Assembly (NCBI GenBank): GCA_036785375.1
Contig: JAWMAR010004588.1
Location: 1-45,896 of the forward strand
Length of the DNA: 45,896 nucleotides
Source of the DNA: Leucoraja ocellata
Taxonomy: Eukaryota
Direction: 5' to 3'
The notes beneath the pieces are model-generated. The model saw only the letters and a program-made list of their open reading frames with translations. It did no database searches and was not told the DNA's origin. This document shows positions 12,886 to 23,429 of this stretch, piece by piece (the stretch's first letter is position 1; the number at the start of each line of letters is the position of its first letter). The position numbers were made by a program, and so were the translations under genes.

Positions 12886-13013
12886 CTTCACCAGAGTTAC
12901 AGCAGCACCGTATGAAATGCTCAGGAAGAACAGGATAATGAATGTGGAAGCGGTTGTCCAGATGTTGTCCCTGTCCTCCTCATAGTCCTCAAGAGGAACG
13001 TTGTCGGCGTAAT
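12886..13013 (-). CDS. IGHM: IgM transmembrane exon TM1
   Basis: TTTGCGTAG| acceptor; DYADNVPLEDYEEDRDNIWTTASTFIILFFLSISYGAAVTLVK; donor |GTGAGT; acidic spacer plus CART-type TM helix; phase fits the CH4 internal donor. Confidence 0.95.
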
Positions 13014-13703
13014 CTACGCAAAGCAGAACGTGAAGACGTTTACAATATATTCTAATATAGAACATTGTATTTTATTTATTATTTACCAAAATAATACGAA
13101 TATTAATATTAATTTCCTATGAGCTGTTTTTACGTTGAGGTGATCATCCATCCTCAACAATTGTATCCAAAATCATGGCCACGTAGACACAGCTGCTAAC
13201 AAACTACCGTTTATGAATAGTTTTGGAGAAACCAATATGTATATATATATCTGGGAACCATTATTCATTCTATAAACGTCCGCTTCCCATTAATATAATT
13301 TACTAACCGGGATGGTATAAAACTTGAAGCTGGTTATTGTTTACAATGTTATCAGATACCCCTTTATTTGGAGATGGTGACCGGAGCTCCGAGAAGGAAC
13401 TCACTGAATGCAAACATTGGCTCCCAATAATTTGCCATCATTTCCACATTAGAACCCTGTTGGCTGATGTATCCTGTTTCCGGTTAGGGGATGGAGGAAG
13501 GCTTGTGTACAAAATTATAACTTTGAACCATTTGATAGGCATTATATTTCTAGTGTGAAATATGGAGCATGAATGATCTACGGTTACACTTAGTTTTTAG
13601 GAACGCGTTGAAAACTACCGGTTAAATGATCTGAATGGCCTTTCCGTTTGCCTGTAACTAGCTAGATGTGTATCATTAAGTCTAAGTTTGCCGAAATCCT
13701 AAC

Positions 13704-14059
13704 NNNNNNNNNNNNNNNNNNNNNNNNNNNNNNNNNNNNNNNNNNNNNNNNNNNNNNNNNNNNNNNNNNNNNNNNNNNNNNNNNNNNNNNNNNNNNNNNN
13801 NNNNNNNNNNNNNNNNNNNNNNNNNNNNNNNNNNNNNNNNNNNNNNNNNNNNNNNNNNNNNNNNNNNNNNNNNNNNNNNNNNNNNNNNNNNNNNNNNNNN
13901 NNNNNNNNNNNNNNNNNNNNNNNNNNNNNNNNNNNNNNNNNNNNNNNNNNNNNNNNNNNNNNNNNNNNNNNNNNNNNNNNNNNNNNNNNNNNNNNNNNNN
14001 NNNNNNNNNNNNNNNNNNNNNNNNNNNNNNNNNNNNNNNNNNNNNNNNNNNNNNNNNNN
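13704..14059. other. Assembly gap (others at 19657-20052, 33789-33980, 38452-38937)
   Basis: Runs of N. Confidence 0.99.
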
Positions 14060-14778
14060 GTGCGTTGTGGAAAATCTATTTCAATCAGCATTTATGAAGA
14101 AGAAAAATATAATATGAGCCAATATAGCTACTAACGTGTATTGTCACAGGAAATTTGCTTTGTAAAGTCCATTGGTATTAAAGTGAGGGACTAAATGCAT
14201 TTGTGTTGTATTAATGTGGGTTTTTTTGTGCAAATGTGCGCTAGCTAACCGTTCCTATTATTTTGCATTTCAAAGAATGTTTGATTGCTGGCCTGTTTGG
14301 GTAGTTGTCCATGCGCTATGGGGTAAACATGTCGTTAATTGCGTTTTATGTATGTTTCTATGCGACCCCATAAATGATTTTATGTCCGTGTGCTTGCTGA
14401 TGTTTTATGGTGAATGTGCTTTGTGTACATCTGGGGGAGACCTGGACATGGATGTGGCCTTGTCTAATGCTCGGGCCGGCGTGCTAGTCAATGTCTCGCC
14501 GCATCTGATATTTGCCTCTAAATTTGTGTTCTCACGAGCCACTCATAGCGGTTATCCCATCAATCACCTGCACATATTGTGATGACCGTTTAATAATTTT
14601 ACTTCGGAGTCACGTGAGTGACTACGTGAAGAACCCACCCAGCGCGCAGGCGCGGCATTACGTCAGCAGCGCAACAGCGGCAGCAGCTGGAGCCAGGCTC
14701 TCCAGCGGCAGGATAAAAGACAAGACCTCAGGTAAGTGAGTCTTTTGTGTTACAGAGTCGCTAACGGACGAAAAAGCT

Positions 14779-16005
14779 ATGGCTACCCGAAAGCGACCAA
14801 CAAGGAGGACTGCCTGCCCAACTCCACCCGAGGAGGGATCAATATCTGGGCGGCAGCCACCAGCGGCGGAGGAGCTGTTTGGACGCTCCCGCACACCCGA
14901 CGCCGAGCCGCTCCCTGTGCCGCCGATTACGACGCCCCGCACAGGGAGAAAAGCAACCCGGAAAACAGACCGGCCGGTGGCCTCCGACTCGTCGGCGGAA
15001 GGGGAACACTCTCCACCGGCGAAACGGGGAGACGGCCGCTTAAGCTGCATGAGGCAGCTGCTCGAGCAGATGCTTGAGGAGGAGATGCAGGCAAGGCATC
15101 TCCAAGGAGGACGGGCTATGGCCTCCTCCAAACCATCGCCACACCCTTCTGTTTCCTCCTTGTTTGAGGTCAGTAAGGGAGGCCAGGACTGGGCTGGCCT
15201 ATCACAAGGGCAGGCGGACGACACTGCAAGCATGCCAGGCGAGCTGGAGGAAGAAGAGCTACTGGGTGTAGTCAGCAGGTATGCGGCGCCCCCGAGGACC
15301 GGAATGATGCTACCACCAAGAATGGCGGCCAGTATAAACAGGCTCTCCAATAAGCCATTGCAGGAGAAAGTCATTCAAGAGGCCCTCGACACTTACACAG
15401 CGCCGGAAAACTGCGAGGCGCTGCGGGTAAAGACCGTAAACGGCCAAATATGGAACCAGCTGGGGCAGCATATCAGGACACAAGAGCTGAAGATGCAGCG
15501 TATCCTGAAGCTCCACACCGCAGCCATTACCGCCTTTGCTCGGTCCACCGGGAACGCAGAGCTCTCTACACCTCAGCAGGATGTGCTGGCCCTAATGTGT
15601 AACACACAGTATGAGCTCAACAGCCTAAGACGTGAAAACATCAGGCCTGCCCTCAACCCCAAATATGCGGGCCTCTGCAAAGCTCCGGCGCCAGAAAAGG
15701 AGGCGCTACTATTCGGGGCCGACTTGGCAAAAAGGCTCAAGGAACTGGAAGAGGCGGCCAAACCTGTAGGCCTCATGAGGGCAGCGCCAGGACCGAGCAG
15801 GGTGAAGACACCCAGTTGGCAGCACGCCTCGGCATCCACCAGCAGGTACCGAGCTGGTGAAAGCCTGGTGACCGCCTCCCACTACCCCCAGAGCTCTTTT
15901 TTAGAGCGGGGCCCAGGGCGGAGCCGTGGGAAGATACGCCGCCCCACCACAGCACCAACAAGGACACCCTCGGGCCAAACCCATCGCAAACGCTCCCAGA
16001 AATAA
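14779..16005 (+). CDS. DIRS1 ORF1, gag-like protein (408 aa)
   Basis: Intact first ORF of the element; low-complexity N- and C-termini flank a core (PENCEALRVKTVN...RRENIRPALNPKY...LLFGADL) resembling DIRS ORF1 proteins. Confidence 0.8.
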   Translation: MATRKRPTRRTACPTPPEEGSISGRQPPAAEELFGRSRTPDAEPLPVPPITTPRTGRKATRKTDRPVASDSSAEGEHSPPAKRGDGRLSCMRQLLEQMLEEEMQARHLQGGRAMASSKPSPHPSVSSLFEVSKGGQDWAGLSQGQADDTASMPGELEEEELLGVVSRYAAPPRTGMMLPPRMAASINRLSNKPLQEKVIQEALDTYTAPENCEALRVKTVNGQIWNQLGQHIRTQELKMQRILKLHTAAITAFARSTGNAELSTPQQDVLALMCNTQYELNSLRRENIRPALNPKYAGLCKAPAPEKEALLFGADLAKRLKELEEAAKPVGLMRAAPGPSRVKTPSWQHASASTSRYRAGESLVTASHYPQSSFLERGPGRSRGKIRRPTTAPTRTPSGQTHRKRSQK

Positions 16006-16007
16006 AC

Positions 16008-17942
16008 ATGGAGGTAGGTGGGTCTGGTTCCTGTCGGCATACGCAGACAAAGGGTGTTGTATTAACAGGAGGGCGTTTAAGGTTCTTCAAACATGTTTGG
16101 TGCTCCTTTACTAGCAACAAGTTTATACTCAACAGTATCAGTGGATACAAATTTGAATTTAAACCAGGCATAGAACCGCCAGTTCAGCACATACCCCAAA
16201 GGGTATTCCTTCCCACAGAATCAGAAAAGGTAGAAGGACAAGCTGAACTAGATAGGCTCGTGTCCAAGGGCATCATAGAGAGGGCCAGACACGAGCCATT
16301 GTAATTTGTATCGAATATATTTATCAAAACTAAAAAAGATGGTGGATGTCGTATTATCATTGATTTGACATCACTAAATCAGTCTGTTGAGTATCAACAT
16401 TTCAAAATGGAGACATTTGTTACTGCCAGACAGCTGATCTCCAAGGGATACTTCATGGCAAGCATAGATATTAAGGATGCTTACTATTTAGTACCCATTC
16501 ATAAGGATCATTTCAGATATCTGAAATTTATCTGGATGGGGCAACTATGGCAGTATAGAGCATTACCCAATGGTTTAACGACAGCTCCCAGATTATTTAC
16601 TAAAATTCTCAAAGTGGCCATGAAAAAATTAAGAGAACAGAAACATTTAGTCATGGCCTATCTGGACGATGTTCTCATATTGGGAAGAACAAGGGAACTA
16701 GCTGTCGCAGGAGTTTTAGCTACTAAACAACTCCTTGAAACATTGGGATTTGTTCTACACCCAGATAAATCAATATTGAAGCCAACAACTAACATGGATT
16801 ACCTAGGCTTCACTATTGACACTATCCGTATGAATGTCACTCTGCCAAGAGACAAAAAGGCTACATTAACAGAAGCCTGTAACAACTTAATCGCAAAAAC
16901 GCAACCAAGGATCCGGCATGTAGCCAGAGTCATTGGTAGTATAGTAGCAGCATTCCCAGCTGCACAATATGGGCCCTTGCATTATCAAAATTTACAAAGA
17001 GCAAGGACACATGCACTACGTCTAAGTAGGGGGCATTATGACCGACCCATGGATTTACCCGCTGAAGCCAAATCAGAACTTCAGTGGTGGGTGGATAACA
17101 TTTGGCACAGTTACAGTCCTATCGCCGTCACCAATCCTAACATAGCCATTACAACGGATGCCAGTGCTTTAGGCTGGGGAGCTACTAACTCTATATCCAG
17201 CACAGGTGGCAGATGGACTAATTCAGAGGCATCGCTACTACAATCGCTTGGCATAAATTATTTGGAGATGCTGGCCGCATTTTATGGGCTAAAAGCATAT
17301 GCATCCGATATGCGGCATGTGCATGTCAGGTTAATGATTGATAACACGACGGCGGTGTCTTACATCCAGCACATGGGTGGCATAAAATCAGTATCATGCG
17401 ACAAATTGACTACTATAATCTGGCAATGGTGTGTCGAGAGACATATTTGGCTATCAGCTGCCTATTTACCAGGCAAGCTAAACACAGTGGCAGACACCAG
17501 GTCACGAAAATTCAATGACAACATCGAATGGATGTTAGACCCAAAAATATTTGCTAGAATTGTTAAGCAATACGGTACGCCAGATATAGATTTGTTTGCG
17601 TCTAGATTAAATCACCAGCTACCCATGTATGTGGCTTGGGAACCAGACCCAGAGGCAGCAGCGGTAGATGCCTTCACGCTGGATTGGGGAAATTTCTTTT
17701 TCTATGCTTTCCCTCCCTTCTGCCTCATCAGCCGGGTACTCCAGAAAATACAAGCAGACTCAGCTTCAGGTATTCTGGTCGTACCCGACTGGCCTACCCA
17801 ACCATGGTTCCCAGTCTTCCACGACATGGTGGTAGAGTCACCTATGGGTTTTCACAGCCACCCACAACTATTGACTCACCCGGTATCCGGCATAAGCCAT
17901 CCATGCCATCAAAAATTGAAACTCCTGGCTTCTAGGTTCTGA
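16008..17942 (+). pseudogene. DIRS1 ORF2: reverse transcriptase, RNase H and DNA adenine methyltransferase-like domain, one in-frame TAA at 16302-16304
   Basis: ORFs 16008-16304 and 16365-17942 share a frame and read through as FVSNIFIKTKKDGGCRIIIDL; RT IDIKDAY, LPNGLTTAP, YLDD; RNase H TTDASALGWG, INYLE, DNTTA, NTVAD; MT-like DLFAS...YAFPPF. Confidence 0.92.
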
Positions 17943-17989
17943 CCAGGCCTTACCAGGGATTGGGGTTATCAGAACGAACAATCACCACC

Positions 17990-18912
17990 ATGTCGGCGTC
18001 CCTGCGAGTCTCTACCAAGAAGCAGTACTTGACCTACATCAGGAAATGGGAGCAGTACTGCTTGGATGCAGGGACATCATACAAGACGGCCTCGATCACG
18101 GACGTGCTGGAATTCCTGGGCCACTTGCACCATGACCAAAAGATGAGCTACAGTGCCATCAATGCAGCACGGAGCGCCCTGTCCGCTTACCTTATGCCTA
18201 CAGGACATCACAGCATTGGATCCCACCCTCTGGTTATAAAACTCCTCAAAGGGATTTATAATACTAAACCCCCTACACCCAGATACACCCATGTATGGGA
18301 TGTAAGTGTAGTTTTGTCACACCTTAGAGGTTGGCCTCCGGTGGGATCCTTGAGTCTGGAGCAGTCCACTATCAAGACCCTCATGCTCATGGCGCTCGTC
18401 TCTGCACAAAGGGTTCAGTCGCTGCATCAACTAAGACTGGACAACATGATAACCACCCAGATTCCATTACATTTACCATGCCGGGGTTGGTTAAACAAAG
18501 CAGGCCAGGTATATCCAACTCTCCGTTAATCTTCCGGGCCTACCCTCCAGAACCTAGGCTGTGTGTAGTGACCCATCTATACGACTACGTAGACACAACC
18601 CAAACACTTAGAGGGAGTGAAAAAGCCTTATGGGTCAGCCACAAAAAGCCTTTTGGACGGGTTACCAGCCAGACAATATTTAGGTGGTTGAAACAGGTCC
18701 TAAAAACCGCGGGGATTAACACGGATGTTTTTAAATCCCATTCAACCAGGGCAGCGTCCACGTCAGCGGCGGAACGGATGCAGGTTCCCATAGACCACAT
18801 CCTTAGTACAGCGGGATGGTCAAGGGAATCAACGTTCCAAAAATTCTACCACAAACCGCTGATGGAGAAGGACGTGTTTGCGGAGAAAATTTTAGAATCT
18901 GCAAACTTATAA
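17990..18912 (+). pseudogene. DIRS1 ORF3 tyrosine recombinase, frameshifted near 18455
   Basis: N-half (RVSTKKQY...NAARSALS...LVSAQR) in one frame; C-half (LVKQSRPG...HSTR...TAGW...FQKFY) in another; full R-K-HxxR-W-Y catalytic set present. Confidence 0.92.
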
Positions 18913-19074
18913 TTTAAAGCCCAGGGGAGCTATTTTTTGTTATTGTTAAATAAACAATTTTGTTTCAAAAAACTAACAAATTCGTTGGTCTTTAGATACC
19001 ACTTCCTCCCTCGATGAACTTTCGGCAGTGAGTGATATAGCTGTTACACGGTTTGAAATCACAGACCTTTGAAG

Positions 19075-19187
19075 TCTTCACGTAGTCACTCACGTGACTC
19101 CGAAGTAAAATAGTGAGATTAAACGAGTACTTACCAGTACGAAGTTTGATCTGTATTTTATGAGGAGTTACGATGAGGGATTACGTG
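19075..19187. repeat. DIRS internal complementary region (ICR)
   Basis: 19075-19111 is the reverse complement of 14596-14632; 19111-19187 is the reverse complement of 19333-19409 (77 nt, no mismatch seen). Confidence 0.95.
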
Positions 19188-20638
19188 CCCTCCGCTCCCA
19201 CCCTCGTTGTATAGATCAAACTCGAGCTGATGTCTCATTAATCTTTACTATCTTTACTTCAATATTGTGTCTACCTGTGATTCCACACCGCTGCTTGGAA
19301 GTATGCCGCGCCTGCGCACTGGGTGGGTTCTTCACGTAATCCCTCATCGTAACTCCTCATAAAATACAGATCAAACTTCGTACTGGTAAGTACTCGTTTA
19401 ATCTCACTACTAAACGCCACAGCATTCTGGACCCAGAGTTAAATGGCCCACTTCTTCATGGGGACAATCTATAATTGTGACACTTTATTCTTGTTCTGTA
19501 GGTTCCACTTAGTTGTGCTTAGAATTAGGTTGATTTAATTGAATTGATGATATAGGCTGTTTCTGCTCTACTCTCCTGAACACATTCAGCATCATGTGCA
19601 TCAAAGGAGCCATTACGTTCTCATATCATTAATATATAGATGTTCCTCTCTCATTCNNNNNNNNNNNNNNNNNNNNNNNNNNNNNNNNNNNNNNNNNNNN
19701 NNNNNNNNNNNNNNNNNNNNNNNNNNNNNNNNNNNNNNNNNNNNNNNNNNNNNNNNNNNNNNNNNNNNNNNNNNNNNNNNNNNNNNNNNNNNNNNNNNNN
19801 NNNNNNNNNNNNNNNNNNNNNNNNNNNNNNNNNNNNNNNNNNNNNNNNNNNNNNNNNNNNNNNNNNNNNNNNNNNNNNNNNNNNNNNNNNNNNNNNNNNN
19901 NNNNNNNNNNNNNNNNNNNNNNNNNNNNNNNNNNNNNNNNNNNNNNNNNNNNNNNNNNNNNNNNNNNNNNNNNNNNNNNNNNNNNNNNNNNNNNNNNNNN
20001 NNNNNNNNNNNNNNNNNNNNNNNNNNNNNNNNNNNNNNNNNNNNNNNNNNNNGTGGGTGAGAGTGGGTGTGTGTTTGCTTTGTTAAATCCTCGTGCAATA
20101 GTGTCCATATATATTGAGTACATGGCACAATGTAAATGTTTCGTGTGATTTTACAGATGGGCGTTCATATAAAACAGTGAATGTGCATTTCAATCTGTCT
20201 GTGGAATTAGAAATGTGCGCAGAAATATGCGTGACAGACGCACGGCAAAATGCACGTCTCCTCGTGCGGGCGGAGGAAGGTGAGTAGCTACCTATATCTC
20301 GGAGCGGCAGGCTCTACAAAGCGCAACGTCTGAGATCCTGCCTCAGGTTTGAATGGATTGGAAACAAGAGAAGGAGGGAAACGGAGATCCAAAGACATGG
20401 ACCCATATCTGGCCAGCAAGAGCAATAATGTTGAGGTGTGGCCGCGATGTGTGCAGGGGTGCAGCTGTGACTTATCTCCTAAACCCCGATGTTACTGTGC
20501 AGTCTGAATCCGGTTTCCATCAATTATCGCCAAGATTTTCAAGTATCAACGTTACTATATAGTCATCGTTTTGACAGAATGTTTTATATAATTAATTGGG
20601 TGGTCATGTGATCAGCTCAAGATTGGAGGTTAAAGATA

Positions 20639-20654
20639 TTTATTAGTATTTATT
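20639..20654 (-). terminator. Tandem AATAAA poly(A) signals of secreted mu mRNA
   Basis: Plus strand TTTATT at 20639-20644 and 20649-20654, about 30-40 nt past the tailpiece stop. Confidence 0.8.
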
Positions 20655-20681
20655 GCAGAGACATTTGAAACTAATTAATTC

Positions 20682-21073
20682 TCATTGACAGGAATTGACA
20701 GTGTCCATCAATACAAGGGAAACATTGACAAAACTGGGTTTACCGCTGGACTTATTGACCGTTCTGACGATGGTCTTCATGGGGAGTGCTTCGTGCCCCA
20801 CTAGACAGGAGAAGGAGGCTCCGCTAGCCCACTCCTCTGCCCCAATGGATAACAGGCTGTAGGTGAAGAAGGTATCATTGCCGTTCTCCGCCACCACCTC
20901 TGTGTTCTTGTACTTGCTCTCATCCACCCGCTTGTCATCAAGTGTCCACGTGACAAAGACCCTGCGAGGGGAGAATCCTCTCACAAAGCAGGTGAGGGTG
21001 ATAGTCTTGTGCGCGGAGATTTCTTCTGTCGGCGGCAGAAGGACTGAGACGGACGGTGGCAGCAGATGTTGAC
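20682..21073 (-). CDS. IGHM: IgM heavy chain CH4 exon plus secretory tailpiece
   Basis: CCGTAG| acceptor; [18 protein letters not shown]...[18 protein letters not shown]...[11 protein letters not shown]...[24 protein letters not shown]-stop; tailpiece has the N-x-S sequon and penultimate Cys; internal donor AGCG|GTAAAC at 20744/20743 for the membrane form. Confidence 0.97.
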
Positions 21074-21585
21074 CTACGGAACAATTCAAATGGCGTTTAT
21101 TATACAAGACGGTTAAAGCGATTAAAAGCTAAATTATCCGTACGTCAGTAAACTGCCAACAGACAGTATTAACGGCATTGCATTCCCCTTTAGTGCCTTG
21201 TCTCTTTGTTCAGACATAAACACCTGAATGTGCGTCTCTCCTGTGCACGGCAGAGGATTTGTATAAATCACTTCACACACTCACAACACGAGATCAAGCC
21301 ATTCGCCCTCTCTGATCCGTGTTATTTCTGATGACCATGGTCGTCTCCTGCACCTTTTGTCATTTATTACTAATTTATTTCTACCTTGGTTCATCTGTCT
21401 CATTTAATTCCCAAGAGCAACTGAATGCGACTTTATTAAACCATGGCAGGAGTAGTCAGTGGATGCCAGCGGAGAATGTTGAGCATACAAAGTGATGCTT
21501 TTTGAAGTGCGTTTTCAAAATTGATGCAAATGATGGAATTCTAAAATGAATTCAGGGATCGCAGGAAACAATGAGCACGTTATAC

Positions 21586-22112
21586 GAGCCCAATTATAGG
21601 AAGGATGTCAACAAAATAGAGAGAGTACAGAGGGGATTTACTAGAATGTTGCCTGGGTTTCAGCAACTAAGTTACAGAGAAAGGTTGAACAAGTTAGGTC
21701 TTTATTCTTTGGTGCGCAGAAGGTTAAGGGGGGACTTGATAGAGGTCTTTAAAATGATGAGAGGGATAGACAGAGTTGACGTGAATAAGCTTTTCCCATT
21801 GAGAGTAGGGACGATTCAAACAAGGGGACATGACTTGAGAATTAAGGGACAACATTTTAGGGGTAACATAAGGGGGAACTTCTTTACTCAGAGAGTGGTA
21901 GCGGTGTGGAATGAGCTTCCGGTGGAAGTGGTGGAGGCAGGTTTGATTTTATCATTTAAAAATAAATTGGATAGGTATGTGGATGGGAAAGGAATGGAGG
22001 GTTATGGTCTGAGTACAGGTAGATGGGACTAGGGGAGAATAAGTCTTCGGCACGGACTTGTAGGGCTGAGATGGCCTGTTTCCGTATTGTGATTGTTATA
22101 TGGTTATATGGT
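21586..22112 (+). mobile_element. CR1 3' fragment in the CH3-CH4 intron
   Basis: PNYRKDVNKIERVQR...MEGYG; same family as the 7564-12230 element; TATATGGT tail. Confidence 0.9.
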
Positions 22113-22872
22113 GTGTACGCAAAAAGACAGTAAGATGCTTTTGTATGATGTGGGATATTACAGAGATTATGTTGGAGGGAGTTGAGAGGGGAAAGGGAAT
22201 TTTGAAATGGGCATTTTGACCTGGACACTACAAGCAAAATGGAAAACAAAACATTCCTAGGCTCTTTGACTGCGGCCTTCCTCGGCGTTATATCTAATCC
22301 CTCCGAATGTCTGTGTAGATGCAGACCATTGGAATCAATATTAAATGATCTACATTAAGGTGACATCTTTCCGATATACGGCATTTGAAGGTTATTTTGT
22401 TTTAAATTTCGAGTAATTCATTTCATGTGCCTAGCTCCGTAACGGACATTTCTGCTGCAAGTGAGAGTATCTGCGATTTACTCCCGCCATCACCACATGG
22501 TAATTTGGTAGACAAACCCATATTCCTGCAAGTAACAACACTGTGCGCTATTTAACAAACGCTGCAATGCTCTGAATACCCATATTGGACCATAGACCAG
22601 AGTCAACGTGGCCGCACGCTGACTCTCGCTGCAAATTATCATCGATGTTTCCAGTAACCTGTCCGCACCTCATATTCATGCAAAGTGATCTCGTATTCTC
22701 TCTTTCCCAGCTCTGACAAAGGACTCAGTGAAGTCTCAGCACGATTTCATTGTGTATAGATATTGTTTCGCCGATGGAGTGATCTCAATCATTAATTTCA
22801 GCTTTATCTCAGAAGAAATGTGGACCAGTCACCTCTGGCCCACAGAACCTCTCTGCAGCTACACCGGCTCAC

Positions 22873-23172
22873 CTTTCTTCCAGTTGATTCGTCCAGTTTT
22901 TGGAGTCGGCATATCATAATGGCTCACCACGCATTCGAAATAATCCCCACTCAGCCAGTCACGAGTTGAAATGTTGACTTTGCTCTCTACGATATCTGCA
23001 TGTCCTGTGGGCTGGATCTCTGAATCCAAATGTTCCTTTTTGTGGTTCCAAGATACTGTGATATCATAAGGTGCATCGGATACCTGGCAGGTTAATGTTA
23101 CGGTCATCTCCATTAACTCTTGTTCAACAGGTGGAGGAAGGATTGTAATCTTCAGTTCGCAGGAACTATCAA
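22873..23172 (-). CDS. IGHM: IgM heavy chain CH3 exon
   Basis: CCACAG| acceptor; VDSSCELKITILPPPVEQELMEMTVTLTCQVSDAPYDITVSW...DWLSGDYFECVVSHYDMPTP...NWKK; donor G|GTGAGC; 300 nt. Confidence 0.96.
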
Positions 23173-23429
23173 CTGTGGCACAACAATTAATGTGAACATA
23201 AGCATTTGCAGGAGTAACCAGGATCGAAGGTTTACACCAATCATCTGCCCCCAAAACTTGAATGTGTACAAGACCCCTTCTGAGTAGTGATTCTATGACC
23301 ATGGGTCCTAAATCGTCATGAGCTGACTTTTGTCTCTGTGCAGAGAACGACACAATAAATGAAATGGGAGATGGCATCATGGGCTATACCATGATATGCA
23401 CTCAATGCTGGAGTACTGTAACTCACACC

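Larger units (their letters stand above)
14597..19409 (+). mobile_element. Full-length DIRS1-type tyrosine-recombinase retrotransposon in the IgM CH4-TM1 intron (antisense to IgM)
   Basis: ITR cores 14623-14658 and 19303-19338 (1 mismatch); ICR 19075-19187 is the reverse complement of left end plus right end; gag, RT-RH-MT and YR ORFs in order; no TSD. Confidence 0.95.

Noticed and set aside
13666-14097. ORFs made largely of X here and at 19596-20128, 33703-34128 and 38343-39000
   Set aside because: They only span assembly gaps.
14658-15374. 238-aa minus-strand ORF opposite DIRS gag
   Set aside because: Antisense shadow of GC-rich coding sequence; no recognisable domain.
17636-17935. 99-aa ORF overlapping the DIRS MT domain, in frame with YR
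   Set aside because: Ends in TAG and has no YR motifs; the TAG is better explained as a splice acceptor, although an ancestral overlapping YR N-terminus cannot be excluded.
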